A stretch of 64,000 nucleotides of DNA. Source: the human T2T-CHM13v2.0 reference genome, Homo sapiens. Positions 16,036 through 30,643 of this stretch are shown in pieces. The notes under the pieces are model-generated. The model saw only the letters and a program-made list of their open reading frames with translations. It made no database searches and had not been told where the DNA came from. The stretch lies in the NCBI RefSeq assembly GCF_009914755.1, contig NC_060933.1; one strand, written 5' to 3'. A program made the translations under genes and the position numbers. Position 1 is the stretch's first letter. Every line of letters starts with the position of its first letter.

Positions 16036-17099
16036 TCACATAAAGTAAATTTGCATGAGTAGAAGAGTTGCTTTAAAGTTATCCTTCTAAAGTAATGTAG
16101 CAGATGGACCAGAGGAGAAACCCTTTAGGAGAGGGCTTTAATAGTACAGATCAAGATTATGAGGCTCTAAATTGATAGGAAAATGGAAGGGATGGGCTCT
16201 TAGATAAAGGATAGGGAAGAGAGTTGGGAGAATATGGCAAATGACTAGATGATAGGTTGGTAGAGTGTAAAGAAGAGAGAGTAGAAGACGGATCCCAGGT
16301 TGTCAAATAGAGTAACTTAGTAGATGGTGGGATCCTTTTTCAGAAGAGGGAAAACAGGAGGAAGAACAGTTTAGGCAAAATATAGCGATTTCAGTGCTGG
16401 TACTATAAGAATCTTCATGCCATGTACCCAATGACTGGTCAGTAAAAACTGTGTGATAGTAATGGCAAAACATTATATATGAGATATTTTTCAATAAAAT
16501 AGCAAAGCACGGGCCTGATTAAGCTATTTAAGATATGTTTTCTTTACACATTTATATCTACAACTTATATAAAGTGAATTGTTTTATACTACGAGAAATT
16601 GTGTATGTATAGCCCTCCTGAGGAAAATACCTTCTTAAAACCAGTAACCGCAAGTGAATGTATCTTTGTACTAAGTCTGTACTTCCATGTATACTGATTT
16701 TTAAAGCTGAGACAGAGTACTGGTAGGTCTTTTGATAATGTCATCTCACAGTTAATATCCCTCCATTATAGCTGATATTTTGATAACTGTTTTGATGTTC
16801 ATCTAGAAGTCTAATTTCTTCACATTCTAAGAATGAAGTGATATTTCTTTATCAGATATGCAAAATGGGGGAACGGAGGTATTTGGTCATTACGTGTTAA
16901 ATTGCATTGTGAGATGATTTTCTTGTACTCATTCAGTAAGTATTTATGCTTCAAGAATGCACATCTGAAGGTTTCCACCATCTAAAAAGTATCAGGATTT
17001 TATATTTTCTAAGAGTGGATAAAAGGCTAAAATCATGAAAATGAAAATATTCAAAGGCATAAAACTTCATAGGCACATTTTCTAGGTAAATTAAATGTC

Positions 17100-17290
17100 C
17101 CTCATTTATGTACCAGGCTCTTTGCACACATTGGCCCATTTAAGTCTTACCAATAACATTATACAGTGAATGCTGTTATTAGCCCCACTTTTCAGATGGG
17201 GAAACTGAGGTTAAGTTCATGCTGCTGGTTGGAAAGGCTGGGACTTGAACCCAGGTAGCCTGGCTCCAGCATCTGATCTCTTGCACCACC
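17100..17290 (-). mobile_element. MIR
   Basis: ccccacttttcagatggggaaactgagg...ggacttgaacccagg...ctggctccag is the reverse MIR core. Confidence 0.8.
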
Positions 17291-17989
17291 TGGACCTGGC
17301 CATACTTCCTTTGCACTTGTTCAGCAGTGAGCCTTCAAGCTAAAGTCCCCATGAATTCTATTTATTACAGGGAGTACAACCTATCTATCATTTATATTTT
17401 TTTACATTACTGAGAATGAATTCTCTCTTGTATCTCATATTATTTTCCTACTTGAAAAGTGAATGACTTATATGATAATGATTACTTCGTATTTACCTGT
17501 GGAATTTTCATTTTGAATTTCTACCCCGTAAAGTAACACTTATTTTTCATTAATGTGTCAATATTTTAAAAGATACTAATACATTAAATTCATATGTTCC
17601 TGTGCGATTGCTGGCCAGTGGGTACTATGATCATTGCCTTACATGCATTATTACATTTAATCTTTCCAACATCCACAGAATATTTTACAGATAAGAAATC
17701 TGAGACCCAAAGGGGTAATAGAATTTTCCCTGGTCTCAGTATCTTGAAAGTTGCCCTCTTAAAAGTTATAGACTACTAATTATTTTGGGTATCATGATGA
17801 ATTTTTACCCTTAATTTTAAAAAATATTTTAATGGAGCTTTTCTTTCTTAATTATACTTTAAGTTCTGGGATACATGTGCAGAACATGTGGGTTTGTTAC
17901 ATAGGCATACATGTGCCATGGTGGTTTGATGCACCCATCAACCCGTCATCTACATTAGGTATTTCTCCTAATGCTATCCCTCCCCTAGT

Positions 17990-19830
17990 CCCCCATCCCC
18001 CGACAGGCCCCAGTGTGTGATGTTCCCCTCCCTGTGCCAATGTGTTCTCATTGTTCAACTCCCACTTATGAGTGAGAACATGTGATGTTTGGTTTTCTGT
18101 CCATGTGTCAGTTTGCTGAGAATGATGGTTTCCAGCTTCATCCATGTCACTGTGAAGGACATGAACTCATTCTTTTTTATGGCTGCATAGTATTTCACAG
18201 TGTATATGTGCCACATTTTCTTTATCCAGTCTAACAATGATAGGCATTTAGGGTGGTTCCAAGTCTTTGCTATTATGAATAGTGCTTCAATAAACATACA
18301 TGTACATGTGTCTTTATAGAATAATTTATAATCCTTTGGGTATATACCCAGTAATGGGATTGCTGGGTCAAGTGGTATTTCTGGTTCTAGATCCTTGAGG
18401 AATTGCCACACTGTCTCCCACAATGGTTGAACTAATTTGTATTCCTACCAACAGCCTAAAAGCATTCCTGTTTCTCCATATCCTCTCCTGCATCTGTTAT
18501 TCCCTGACTTTTTAATGATCACTATTCTAACTGGTGTGAGGTGGTATCTCACTGTGGTTTTGATTTGCATTTCTCTAATGACTAGTGATGATGAGCCTTT
18601 TTTTTTGCATGTTTGTTGGCCACATAAATGTCTTCTTTTGAGAAGGGTCTGTTCACATTCTTTGCCCACTTTTTGATGGGGTTGTTTGTTTTTTGTAAGT
18701 TTGTTTAAGTTCTTGTAGATTCTGGATATTAGCCCTTTGCCAGAAGGTTTGCAAAAATTTTCTTCCATTCTGTAGGGTGGCTGTTCACTCTGATGATAGT
18801 CTCTTCTGTTGTGCAGAAGCTCTTTTATTAGACCCCATTTTACAATTTTGGCTTTTTTTGCAATTTCTTTTGGTGTTTTAGTCATGAAGTCTTTGCCCAT
18901 GCCTATCTCCTAAATGGTATTGCCTAGGTTTCCTTCTAGGGTTTTTACGGTTTTAAGTCTTACATTGAAGTCTTTAATCCATCTTGAGTTAATTTTTGTA
19001 TAAAGTGTAAGGAAGGGGTCCAGTTTCAGTTTTCTGAATATGGCTAAGCAGTTTTCCCAACTCCATTTATTAAATAGGGAATCATTTCCCCATTGTTTGT
19101 TTTTGTCAGGTTTGTCAAAGATCAGATTGTTGTAGATGTATGGTGTTATTTCTGAGGCCTCTGTTCTGTTCCATTGGTCTATACATCTGTTTTGGTACTA
19201 GTACCGTGCTGTTTTGGTTACTGTAGTCTTGTAGTATACTTTGAAGTCAGGTAGTGTGATGCCTCCAGCTTTGTTCTTCTTGCTTAGGATTTTCTTGGCT
19301 ATGCGGGCTCTTTTTTTGGATCCATATCAAATTTAAAGTAGTTTTTTCTAATTTTGTGAAGGAAGTCAATGGTAGCTTGTTAGGAATAGCATTGAATCTA
19401 TCAATTACTTTGGGCACTACAGCCATTTTTATGATATTGATTCTTCCTATCCATGAGCATGGAATGTTTTTCCATTTGTTTGTGTCTTCTCATTTCCTTG
19501 AGCAGTGGTCTGTAGTTCTCCTTAAAGAGATCCTTCACATCCCTTGTAAGTTGTATTCCAAGGTGTTTTATTCTCTTTGTAGCAATTGTGAATGGGAGTT
19601 TGCTCATTATTTGGCTCTCCGTTTGTCTATTATTGGTGTATAGGAATGCTTGTGATTTTTGCACATTGATTTTGTATCCTGAGACTTTGCTGAAGTTGCT
19701 TATCAACTTAAGGCGTTTTGGGGCTAAGATGATCAGGTTTTCTAAATATACAATCATGCCATCTGCAAACAGAGATAATTTGACTTCCCCTTTTCCTATT
19801 TGAATACCTTTTATCTCTTTCTCTTGCCTG
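17990..19830 (-). pseudogene. Disrupted L1 ORF2 (C-terminal part of the RT and Cys-rich domain)
   Basis: Frameshifted ORFs [54 protein letters not shown]; catalytic FADD changed to FADG. Confidence 0.9.
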
Positions 19831-19835
19831 AGTGT

Positions 19836-20620
19836 CCTTTGTGGGTAACCCAAGATTTCTCTCTGGCTGCCCTTAACATTTTTTCCTTCATTTCAACCTT
19901 GGTGAATCTGACGATTATGTGTCTTGGGGTTGTTCTTCTTGAGGAGTATCTTTGTGGTGTTCTCTGTATTTCCAGAATTTGAATGTTGGCCTGCCTTGCT
20001 AGGTTGGGGAAGTTCTCCTGGATAATATTCTGAAGAGTGTTTTCCAACTTGGTTCCATTCTCCCCATCACTTTCAAGTAAATCAATCAAACGTATGTTTG
20101 GTCTTTTCACATAGTCCCATATTCCTTGGAGGCTTTGTTCATTCCCTTTCATTCTTTTATCTCTAATCTTGTCTTCACATTTTATTTCATTAAGTTGATC
20201 TTCAATCTCTGATATCCTTTCTTCCGCTGGATTGATTCAGCTATTGATACTTGTGTATGCTTCACGAAGTTCTCATGCTGTGTTTTTCAGCTCCATCAGG
20301 TCATTTATGTTCTTCTTTAAACTGGTTATTCTAGTTCGCAATTCCTCTAACCTTTTATCAAGGTTCTTAGCTTCCTTGCATTGGGTTATAACATGCTCCT
20401 TTAGCTCGGAGCCATTTCTCATTACCCACATTCTGAAGCCTACTTCCGTCAATTCGTCAAACTATTTCTCCATCCAGTTTTGTTCCCTTGCTGGCGAGGA
20501 GTTGTGATCCTTTGGAGAAGAAGCATTCTGGTTTTTGGAATGTTCAGCCTTTTCATGCCAGTTTTTCCTAATCTTCATGGATTTATCTATCTTTGGTCTT
20601 TGCTGTTAGTGACTTTCGAA
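19836..20620 (-). pseudogene. Disrupted, 3'-truncated L1 ORF1
   Basis: NEQSLQGIWDYVKRPN...IIQENFPNLARQANIQI...[10 protein letters not shown]. Confidence 0.9.
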
Positions 20621-22682
20621 TGGAGTTTGCATGGTCATCCTTTTTGTTCATGTTGATGCTATTGGTTTCTGTTTGTTAGTTTTCCTTCTAACAATCAGGC
20701 CCCTTTTCTGCAGGTCTGCTGGAGTTTGTTGTGGGTCCACTCCAGACCCTGTTTTCCTGGGTATCACCAGTGGAGGCTGCAAAACAGCAAAGGTTCCTGC
20801 CTGCTCCTTCCTCTGAAAGCTTCATCCCAGAGGGGCACCTGCCAGATGCCAGTGGGAGCTCTCATGTGTGAAGTGTCTGTTGACCCATGTTGGGAGGCAT
20901 TTCCCTGTCAGGAGCCACAGGGACCAGGGACCCACTTGAGGAGGCAGTCTGTCCCTTAGCAGAGCTCAAGCACTGTGCTGGGAGATCTACTGCTCTCTTC
21001 AGAGCCAGCAGGCTGGAACGTTTAAGTCTGCTGAAGCTGCGCCCACAGCTGCCCCTTCCCCGGGGTGCTCTGTCCCAGGGAGATGAGAGTTTTATCTATA
21101 AGCTCCTGGTGATACCCAGACTGGGGCTGCTGCCTTTCTTTCAGAGATGCCCTGTCCAGAGAGGAGGAATCTAGAGAGACAGTCTGGCTATAGCTGCTTT
21201 GTGGTGCTGGGGTGGGCTCCAACCTGTCCGGACTTCCCAGGGGCTTTGTTTACACTGTGAGGGGAAAACCACCTACTCAAGCCTCAGTAATGGCGGACGT
21301 CCCTCCCCCAACCAAGCTCCAGTGTCTCAGGTCAACTTCAGACTGCTGTGCTGGCAGTGAGAATTTCAAGCCAATGGATCTTAGCTTGCTGGGCTCTGTG
21401 GGGGTGGGATCTGCTTAGCAAGACAACTTGGCTCCCTGGCTTCAGCCTCCTTTCCAAGGGAGTGAACAGTTCTATCTCACTGGTATTCCAGGTGCCACTG
21501 GGGTACCAAAAAAACAAAAAACAAAACAAAACTCCTGCAGCTAGCTCAGTGTCTGCCCAAATGACCTCCCAGTTTTGTGCTTGAAACCCAGGGTGCCTGT
21601 GGTGTAGGCACCCGAGGGAATCTCCTGGTCTGTGGGTTGTGAAGACTGTGGGAAAAGCGTAGTATCTGGACTGGATAGCACTGTCCCTCACAGCACGGTC
21701 CCTCACAGCTTCCCTTGGCTAGGACCCCTTGCACTTCCTGGGTGAGGCAACGCCCCAGCCTGCTTCAGCTCACTCTCTGTGGGCTGCACTTACTAACCAG
21801 TCCCAATGAGATGAACCGGGTACTTTCAGTTGGAAATGCAGAAATCACCCGCCTTCTGCATTGGTCTCACTGGGAGCTGCAGACTGGAGCTGTCCCTATT
21901 TGGCCATCTCCTTTACCTTTAATTTCTTGATGGTAATAACTGTATTTGATTATCTAATATCTTTAATTTTGTTTTAAAGCATTCACAAACATGACGATGG
22001 CTTTAAGGCCAATTGGAAAAACTAAAAATAACTAATGATATCATAATTCTCACTGACCACCATTATTTTTAAGTTTTTTGTCTTTTACTTAAAACTATTA
22101 CAATCCTGATTTTTATTTGACATAAGTGCTTTCATAATAATTTTCATACCTTCATCTTAGTTGACTTTGTAACTTTCCTCCAAGTTTGCTTACATTTTTT
22201 TAAACGTTTAACATGTCTAAAATGTTACTGTGACCAAATTTGTACAAATATTATTTCTCTTCATTTAATTTCACAAAGATGAAATTTAAAGAAATGAGAA
22301 GATAGTACAAAGACTGTTTATTTTGCTTAAAATTTACTTCCAAGACTGCGAGAAAGAAAAACTCCAAAAGGTGAGTCTCATGAAGACCTCTGAGTCTACA
22401 ACAGTATCTTTCATCTTCCAACCTTTTGAGCAGTAGCTCTCAGGGCACTTATTACAGATCTCCATGGAGGTGTCAGTTAACACTGTATATGTTTGCAGGC
22501 AAACATTTCTTAGTCATGAGGGATTTCATCTTATTTACTTTCATATCCTCTACAGCACTTACATGGTTCTGCATAGAGAAGAGAAGTAAAGCTGTGTGTT
22601 GATTCTGGCACAATCACAGCAAGTCCAGGTACAAGATGTCCATGAATATGTACAAGGGCCTTGGAATCAACTGAGGGAATAA

Positions 22683-23036
<354 letters not shown>

Positions 23037-23098
23037 ACTCTCACCTATTCTTATTAATCCTTACCCCTGATCTAGCCCACACAATTAGTGTGACTTAC

Positions 23099-23120
23099 CT
23101 TTGACATAATTGTAAAGATT
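23099..23120 (-). other. Candidate 22-nt micro-exon, or 3' end of an alternative first exon
   Basis: Minus strand tgtccttttcattcttctcctacttcag|AATCTTTACAATTATGTCAAAG|gtaagt. Confidence 0.4.
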
Positions 23121-25534
23121 CTGAAGTAGGAGAAGAATGAAAAGGACAAGTAACACACACACCCCACAAAAAGGGCCAAGAGCTGAGGAAGAAAAACGCA
23201 TTGTGGAATGGTGTGCCCCCTCTCAGAAGTCAAAGAGAATTCATTCATATCGACAAAAGCAGATCGCACCTCCCCTCCCATCTGTACTATCTGATGTAAG
23301 TAGATAACAAAAGTGAATGATGAGAACACTAAAATATACAAAATTTTTATTTATCAATTACACTTCATTAAAGCTGGGGGAAGGGAGTGAATGATGTTTC
23401 AGTCTCAGTAAGCGATCCAAAAAAAAGTCCCCAAATTGGCATAAAAATAGCCTCCTCTTAAACAAAAATAAATTCAGCTTAATAGATGAGGTTGCACCTG
23501 TAAGCATACAAGCACGAAAGCTTCTATAAGCTTTAAACACATACATTTATTTGACCCTTAGGAAACAAACTCTTGTAAAATGGGCTCCACTGTCTCTCAT
23601 TTTTAGGGTAAGGAAACCAAGACTAGGAAAATCTAGGTAACTTGCTCAAGATGGCCCTTGAACAGATTCTGAGTGAGAATCTAGACAGGTGTACTTGCCA
23701 ACTGCACATGGGTCCAGCATGCCACCCTCCCTCACCTTAAGCATCATTGCTGCTGTCCTTTCTTCTCACCTTTTAAAACCACTTCATCTTCCATCCTCTA
23801 TGTCCCAAAGCAGAGCATTTCTATCCTAAAATATATATTTTAAATCTACTTCATGCCAAATTGAAAAAATTCTTAGAACTGTATTAGTGGTGCGTGGGTG
23901 TGTCATTTCTTATTAATACTAGAGAAAGAATGTTTTAACAAAGAAATGTATTTAATTTGGATGATAGCAAAGAAAGATATCTTTATAAGTATGAAACACC
24001 CACTTAGTTTTCTTAAATTCAAGCATGAGATCTTCAATATTTTAACAGAAATTAGTGGAAAAGATGAATTAGAATTTTCATGATGCAAAGAAAAAACATA
24101 AAAGTTAATAAAGCCACTCATATTACTTATAAAATATGTTATACATTTTAAAGTATCAAAATTTTAAATGGCAAGAAGTTTAAAATTTTCTTTGAGCATA
24201 ATAATGCCTAGATGTCCCATAGTAGCCAAATAGACTATCTGAATATAAGTTACCTTTCCGACATTAACTTAAGTTCCTTATGCAGCTTATTAAATTTATT
24301 GCTCATAGTATTTGCAAGAGGAAATCATTTGGATGAGAGGTGGAACAATACAGTAATAAGACTGGTTTTTAAAAACCTTCTTTGAAAATGGTGACACATA
24401 TTGGCATGTAAGTGAATGTATTTGCTAAATAGCTATTGCTTTTCTGTCCCATCTGATTATATACATCAAGTCAACCAAATTAATAGGCTTCTGATTCCAG
24501 TTTCACTAACTTTATTTCCAATACCTCCTTATCCTGTCATTTGTTTTCAAACATCTGTTCTCAAGAGTTGTTCAAGCCTATGTTAATTGCTTACACTCCT
24601 CCATGATAGACAGCTTAGAGCTATTCATAAGCCTATTATAAGTGTTGAGCAGCAAGGGAAAATACCCTTAAAATTAACACCAGCAATATCTATTGTATGT
24701 TTACATTTTCCTTTCTAATATCCAGCCATTAGCTGAGTCATTAGACTACTGTCATCACCTCACCTAACCAGTGACTATTCTTTCTCTCACCTCTTTTCCT
24801 CTCATATTTTAAGTTCAAGCAACCCACTCAATTAAAATTCAGAACTATCACTGTCATTATCAATGACATCACATTCTGATATCCCTTTGAGGATGAATAA
24901 CCTATCTTGCCACTGAGTGTCAACTAGTTTGTTGGCTTGTTTCCTCTCTGGCTGGAGAAAGATAACAGGTGTCTGTCTCCAGTTCCAACACCAGGAGCAG
25001 CTGAAGTCTGCCAGACCTCTCAAACTTAAGGAGTCCACTGTAGCCAAAACCAGAATCCTAAGAAGTTTCTGCCATTCTCTGTTTTCATATTGTAGCTCCC
25101 CACTTTGCATTTCACTACATAGTATCAATGAACAGAAGCTTTTCTGGGTTCTTGCCTTCACTTTATCCAGCCCTCACAATTATATGATTCTGGGCACTGA
25201 TACCTGGAGAATAATTCCTTTGAAAATATCAAAACAAAGAAAAATTAATGGTTGTGAGTAATTTTTATATCATGAGGGAGTGGCAAAAAAAAAGGTCTAC
25301 CTTTGATGCTCCAGTAAGAAAGGAAACCGGTTTTTAAAAAATAGTTGGTGCATACAGCTTGTAACTCTGTTTCCATTATATTCTTTGTTTTCTTTCTATG
25401 CCTTTATCCTTTGTCCAGTAATCCTTCCAAGAATCCCCTCCCTTCTTTATCCCTCTTTCTCTCCCATCTTTACTCTCCCCATAAGTGGCAAAATGAGCAG
25501 AGGCATAAATAAAATAATTTCAGTGTGTTTTGTG

Positions 25535-25845
25535 TTTTTATCTTATTTTTATTTTATTGTGGTAAGAATACTGAACATGAGATATCGCTGACAAAATTGC
25601 ATGTGTATAATACAGTATTGTTGACTGTAGGCACAATGGTGTACAGCAGATCTCTAGAGCTCATCCATCTGGCTTAACTGAAACTTTATGTCCATTGATT
25701 AGGAACTTCTCAATTCCCCCTCTCCTCAGTCCCTGGTAATCACCATTCTTCTCTGACTTTATAAATTTCACTATTTTAGATACCTCATATTCATTGACTA
25801 ACACATTGTTTGTCTTTTTGTGGCTAGATTATTTTACTTAGTGTT
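25535..25845 (-). mobile_element. L1MA9/L1MB 3' UTR fragment
   Basis: ttttattgtggtaagaa...gtacagcagatctctagag...aactgaaactttat. Confidence 0.8.
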
Positions 25846-26124
25846 CTGTGTTTCTATTAATGATGACAATTTTAATCCTTCAAATGCTATATACTTCTCT
25901 GGCCCAAAAAAAAAAAAAAATGTCATACCAAATGACAAAAGTTAATTTGATTCCACATGATTCAAATTTAGAAAAAATTAAGAAAGCTAACGCTGTTAGT
26001 CATCTATGGCAAATTCATGGAGAGTCCCGAGAAGCTATTCTGCCTACCTGGAGCACTGGATTTCCCTTCACCTCCTGCCCCCTTCCTATCTTCCCATATT
26101 CCTTTCTCCTTTGCCTGACTGCTT

Positions 26125-26400
26125 TATCCTTCAAGGCTCAGCTTAAATGTCACCTCCTTAGAAAAGCCCTCTAAGTTAACACCCACCTCTACCATTACAT
26201 GCTCTTATAACACTCTGGAATATTACTTTATGACAATTATCAAAAATGTAGTAAATAAAAGTTATTCATGTTTACCCTCATTCTAGACTGGAAGCACCAT
26301 GAAGGCAAGACCTGTTTCATTCATCACTGTGGCTCTGACCCCAGTAAGTGGCTGCCCATAGGGAGCACTCAGCTCTGTAGATGGTTGTTGAATGAATAAA
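26125..26400 (+). mobile_element. L2 3' end
   Basis: tccttcaaggctcagcttaaatgtcacctcct...ctagactggaagcaccatgaaggca...ttgttgaatgaat. Confidence 0.7.
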
Positions 26401-27044
26401 TGACTACATGGCTAAATAAATGGGTGCTATTTCTCTAAGTACTTTGGGTTGCAGCTCCTTATCCCCAGGCCACAAAGATTTGGAAGGCACAAGGAGGCTA
26501 TTTACTCAGACTCTACTTATCTCTTGTCACTCCTCACAGAATACCTAAAACTCTACAGCCCACCTCTCACTCTAGATGCCAAGACATATTCTTTTTGAGT
26601 GATTATTATACAACTTACTCTTTTTGTGTGATTATTAATTATACTTTTATTTTTTAAATGCCCAGCCACACAGATGGGCATTTATTTTAGGTCACCTAAT
26701 CTAAATGCACATGACGGACAATGGCCTTGTATATATCAGTTTTGCTAATAGTTCCAGTGGATAATACGTGATGAGAACAATCATCACAATCATCACCTAA
26801 AACGAACCTCAGATCTTCCTGGCTACTGTTACCATAGTTCCTAGGGTGTACAAAAAAGATAGGGATTACTTCCCACTTCAATGTATTTAAAATCTCTTGA
26901 GATCAGCTGATCTGAAGTTGCTTCCTATTCTTCAAAGCTGTTACAAGATTCTGATGAGCAAATGACACAGAACAAATATTCTGGGAAACCTTGAAATATT
27001 TTACATTGATTAAAATGGCTTTGGGCCATTAAATAATAAACTTG

Positions 27045-27372
<328 letters not shown>

Positions 27373-27488
27373 TCAGGGACTATGAGTTGAATGATAAAAT
27401 TAAACAACTATAGTACTTAGAACACAATGCTCTAATGGAAGCCTGAATGTCCTAGCATGGGTTTGTGGCAATAGGAGCTAGATCTGAG

Positions 27489-27803
27489 GGCTGGGCACGG
27501 TGGCTCACGCCTGTAATCCTAGCACTTTTGGAGGCTGAAGCGGGTGAATCACCTGAGGTCAGGAGTTCAAGACCAGCCTTGCCAACATGGTGAAACCGTT
27601 TCTAGAAAAATACAAAAATTAGCCAGGCATGATGGCAGCTGCCTGTAATCCCAGCTACTCAGTTGGCTGAGGTGGGAGAATCACTTGAACCCAGGGAACG
27701 GAGGTTGCAGTGAGCCAAGAGTGTGCCACTGCACTCCAGCCTGGGCGACAGAGCGAGACTCCATCTCCAAAAAAAGTTTAAAAAAATTAAAAATTAAAAA
27801 AAA
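27489..27803 (+). mobile_element. AluS element
   Basis: Full dimer with A-rich tail. Confidence 0.95.
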
Positions 27804-29039
27804 CAAAGAATCAGAGAAGGCTTCTCAGGGAAAGTGATATTTGCACTAAACTTTGACAAAGAAATGTAAGTTCATGAGAGGAGTAAGGTTAGAGGCCATC
27901 TCAGCCAGAGCAAACCATGTATACAAAGGAGTAAAGACACAAAAGCACATGATTTACTTAAGGATGAATGAAAGCATAGCAAGTACACGGGGGCGGGCAG
28001 AGGTAGCGAGTGAACCAAGATACAGTTTTTGAACTCTATAATGAAGTTACATTCCAACTTTAGAAATACTTTGAATAATAATAAGAACAATGTTTAGTAC
28101 AATCATTTCTGAAGAGCTGGTACATTATACACAAGGCTCTAAAAAGCACAATTCCTGTTCTTAAGTAAAAAGAAAGAAGTGTAAGTAAGCAGTGAAGAGA
28201 TAAGAATGTCTCATCAAACCATTAGGCCTGGAGAAAATGTTAATTTTGCACACGACTGGGATTTTATCTGCTAGATTCTGTTACCATTGAAATGTTTTGA
28301 GGGACTCAGCATGTCTGGTTTAAGAGAAAAACTGAACACATTCCTTCTCCAAGTCAGTGAACCATGGCCAGAGTCTCAACACCTGCACCGAGCAACAGAG
28401 CAGAATAATCTCATTTTAAATGAAAGTCTGCATTTTCTCTGGAGGTCAAAACTACTTTATAAAGAGCAAGACTCATCACTGGCCAGTGAGCTGGGAGAGT
28501 GGGCTATTCTTTTATGTCTAAAGTGATTATTTTGTAAATGAGTTAAAACCTGCATTCTAACAGCATGAAAAAGGAACTAGAAAAATCGGAGTGAGTGATG
28601 CCCTACATCTGACAAATAATAGGGAAAACACCTCAGCAGGAATGTAACTTGGCCCTTGAAACATTTATAAAATATATTTTTGCCTGTAGTTCCCTGTGGA
28701 TTTTGTTCCCTATAAATAATCTGGTCAACAGTAGAACCTCTTTCATGATGGCAGAATAGGAGGTCAGAACTAATTCAGAGATGCTCACACTTCATATTGA
28801 AATCCCTGGATCACTTTTATTCTATTATTCAACAAAGTAGAATAAATATTTGTATGTCTCAGTTTTATGAGTTTGCATAATATGACCATCAAGAGTAGAA
28901 GTCAACAGTCTTAGTCTAACTCATTCTTTCTGTTTAGTATTGCAATTTTACAGGTCATATCCGGTTCTTTTCTCATAATTGTATTTTTGTTCAATATGTG
29001 GTCATGCAGTTAATGTCACTCCTCTGCTTAAAACTTTCA

Positions 29040-29304
<265 letters not shown>

Positions 29305-29570
29305 CCTTTCTAACAGTTTACTCAATCATTCAGAATATATTTCAAACCCCTAAAAGGTCCATGTCATCTGGCCCCTGCTCACTGGACTCATCCTATATAA
29401 CCCTCCTGCTTATTCAGCCTAAACTTATGTCTATTCTTTGGCAACACCCAGGTTCCCCTGCCTCAGTGTCATAGAAACTGCTGCTTCCTTTAATAGAAAG
29501 CCCTCCTCCCTAGGTATTCACTTAACTGATTCCTTGCAATTATTCTGGCCTCAGTGCAACTGTCCCTTCC

Positions 29571-30081
29571 TGTGGTAGGAAGAATGATATCTTCCTAATA
29601 CCTTTACTCCTGGTATACATGCCCTGTAATAGTCTCCTCCCACATGGCATCAGCATTAATCTGTGTGACCAGCAATATGGTGAGATGGTGGCATGTGACT
29701 CATGATGTGTCAAGGCTGAGACATAAAATATATTGCTGCTCTGCCTTGTTCCTTCAGATCATTTGTTTTGGGGAAAACCAGTCAACATGTCATGAAGACA
29801 CTCATAAGAATCTTATGGAAAGATCCATGTGGGAAAGAGCTGAGGCTTCTTGCCAACAGTTGTTTGGGTGCACCATCTTGGAAGCAGATTCTCCAGCCCA
29901 GTTGAGCCATCAGATAATGGCAACCTCAGAAGAAACCTACCCAAATAAGACCTACCCAACAGAACTATCCAAATAAGTCATTATTTCTGTCTGACAAAAA
30001 CCACGAGATAGAATAAATGTTTGTTTTTTAAGCTGCTAATTTTGGGAATAATTTGTTGCACAGCAATAATAACCATTATAC
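29571..30081 (+). mobile_element. MLT1 (MaLR) solo LTR inserted in L2
   Basis: Starts tgtggtagg; ends ataaatgtttgttttttaagctgctaattttggg...cacagcaata; L2-like sequence on both sides. Confidence 0.75.
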
Positions 30082-30643
30082 CTTCTCATATAGAGCTCTT
30101 GTGACACCCACTCAGGGGCAAACGAACCTACCCTGTCACGTGTTATGAAATTATCCCATTTTATTTTCTTTCTCACACTTATTCATAGCTTGTTATCTTG
30201 TTAATTTATCATTATTATTATTATTGTTAGTTTGGTTACTGTCTGTCTCTTCTTACTGGAATGTAGTTCTTGAAGGCAGAAACTTTGCCTTTTTCATCAA
30301 GGTTTATGCCTAAATTGGGTCATCTGGAATACATGTTCAATAAATAACTGTTTAAAGAATGGCTTACCACTCTGTGAAAATTCTATTTCACTTATTTCTC
30401 CAAAGCACATAGGAGGTCGGGTACTCATATAAATCCCTTTCTCAACCTGTGTGGTGGCTCATCGGCCTCAGATTCTATGCAAGATTAAGGAAACATTTCT
30501 ACCCAGCAGAAGAGGGGAGCAAGGGGCTCTCAGTTAACCTTCAGCAAAAGAAGAAGAAGAAAAAAAAAAAGCCCCACCAAAGAGCCACAAAGGATTCGCT
30601 GGGCCTGGCTTAATTTGGGTAATGACTGGACTGGCGAACGTAC

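Larger units (their letters stand above)
17838..21911 (-). mobile_element. L1PA7/8-like element, both ends present, internally deleted
   Basis: 5' UTR start GAGATGGCCAAATAGGGACAGCTCC near 21911, ORF1 and ORF2 remnants, 3' end GTTCTGCACATGTATCCCAGAACTTAAAGT; only about 4.1 kb long. Confidence 0.93.

Noticed and set aside
17897-20152. RT-like and ORF1-like ORFs as an active or novel retroelement system
   Set aside because: Ordinary L1 remnants with frameshifts, no endonuclease and FADD mutated to FADG
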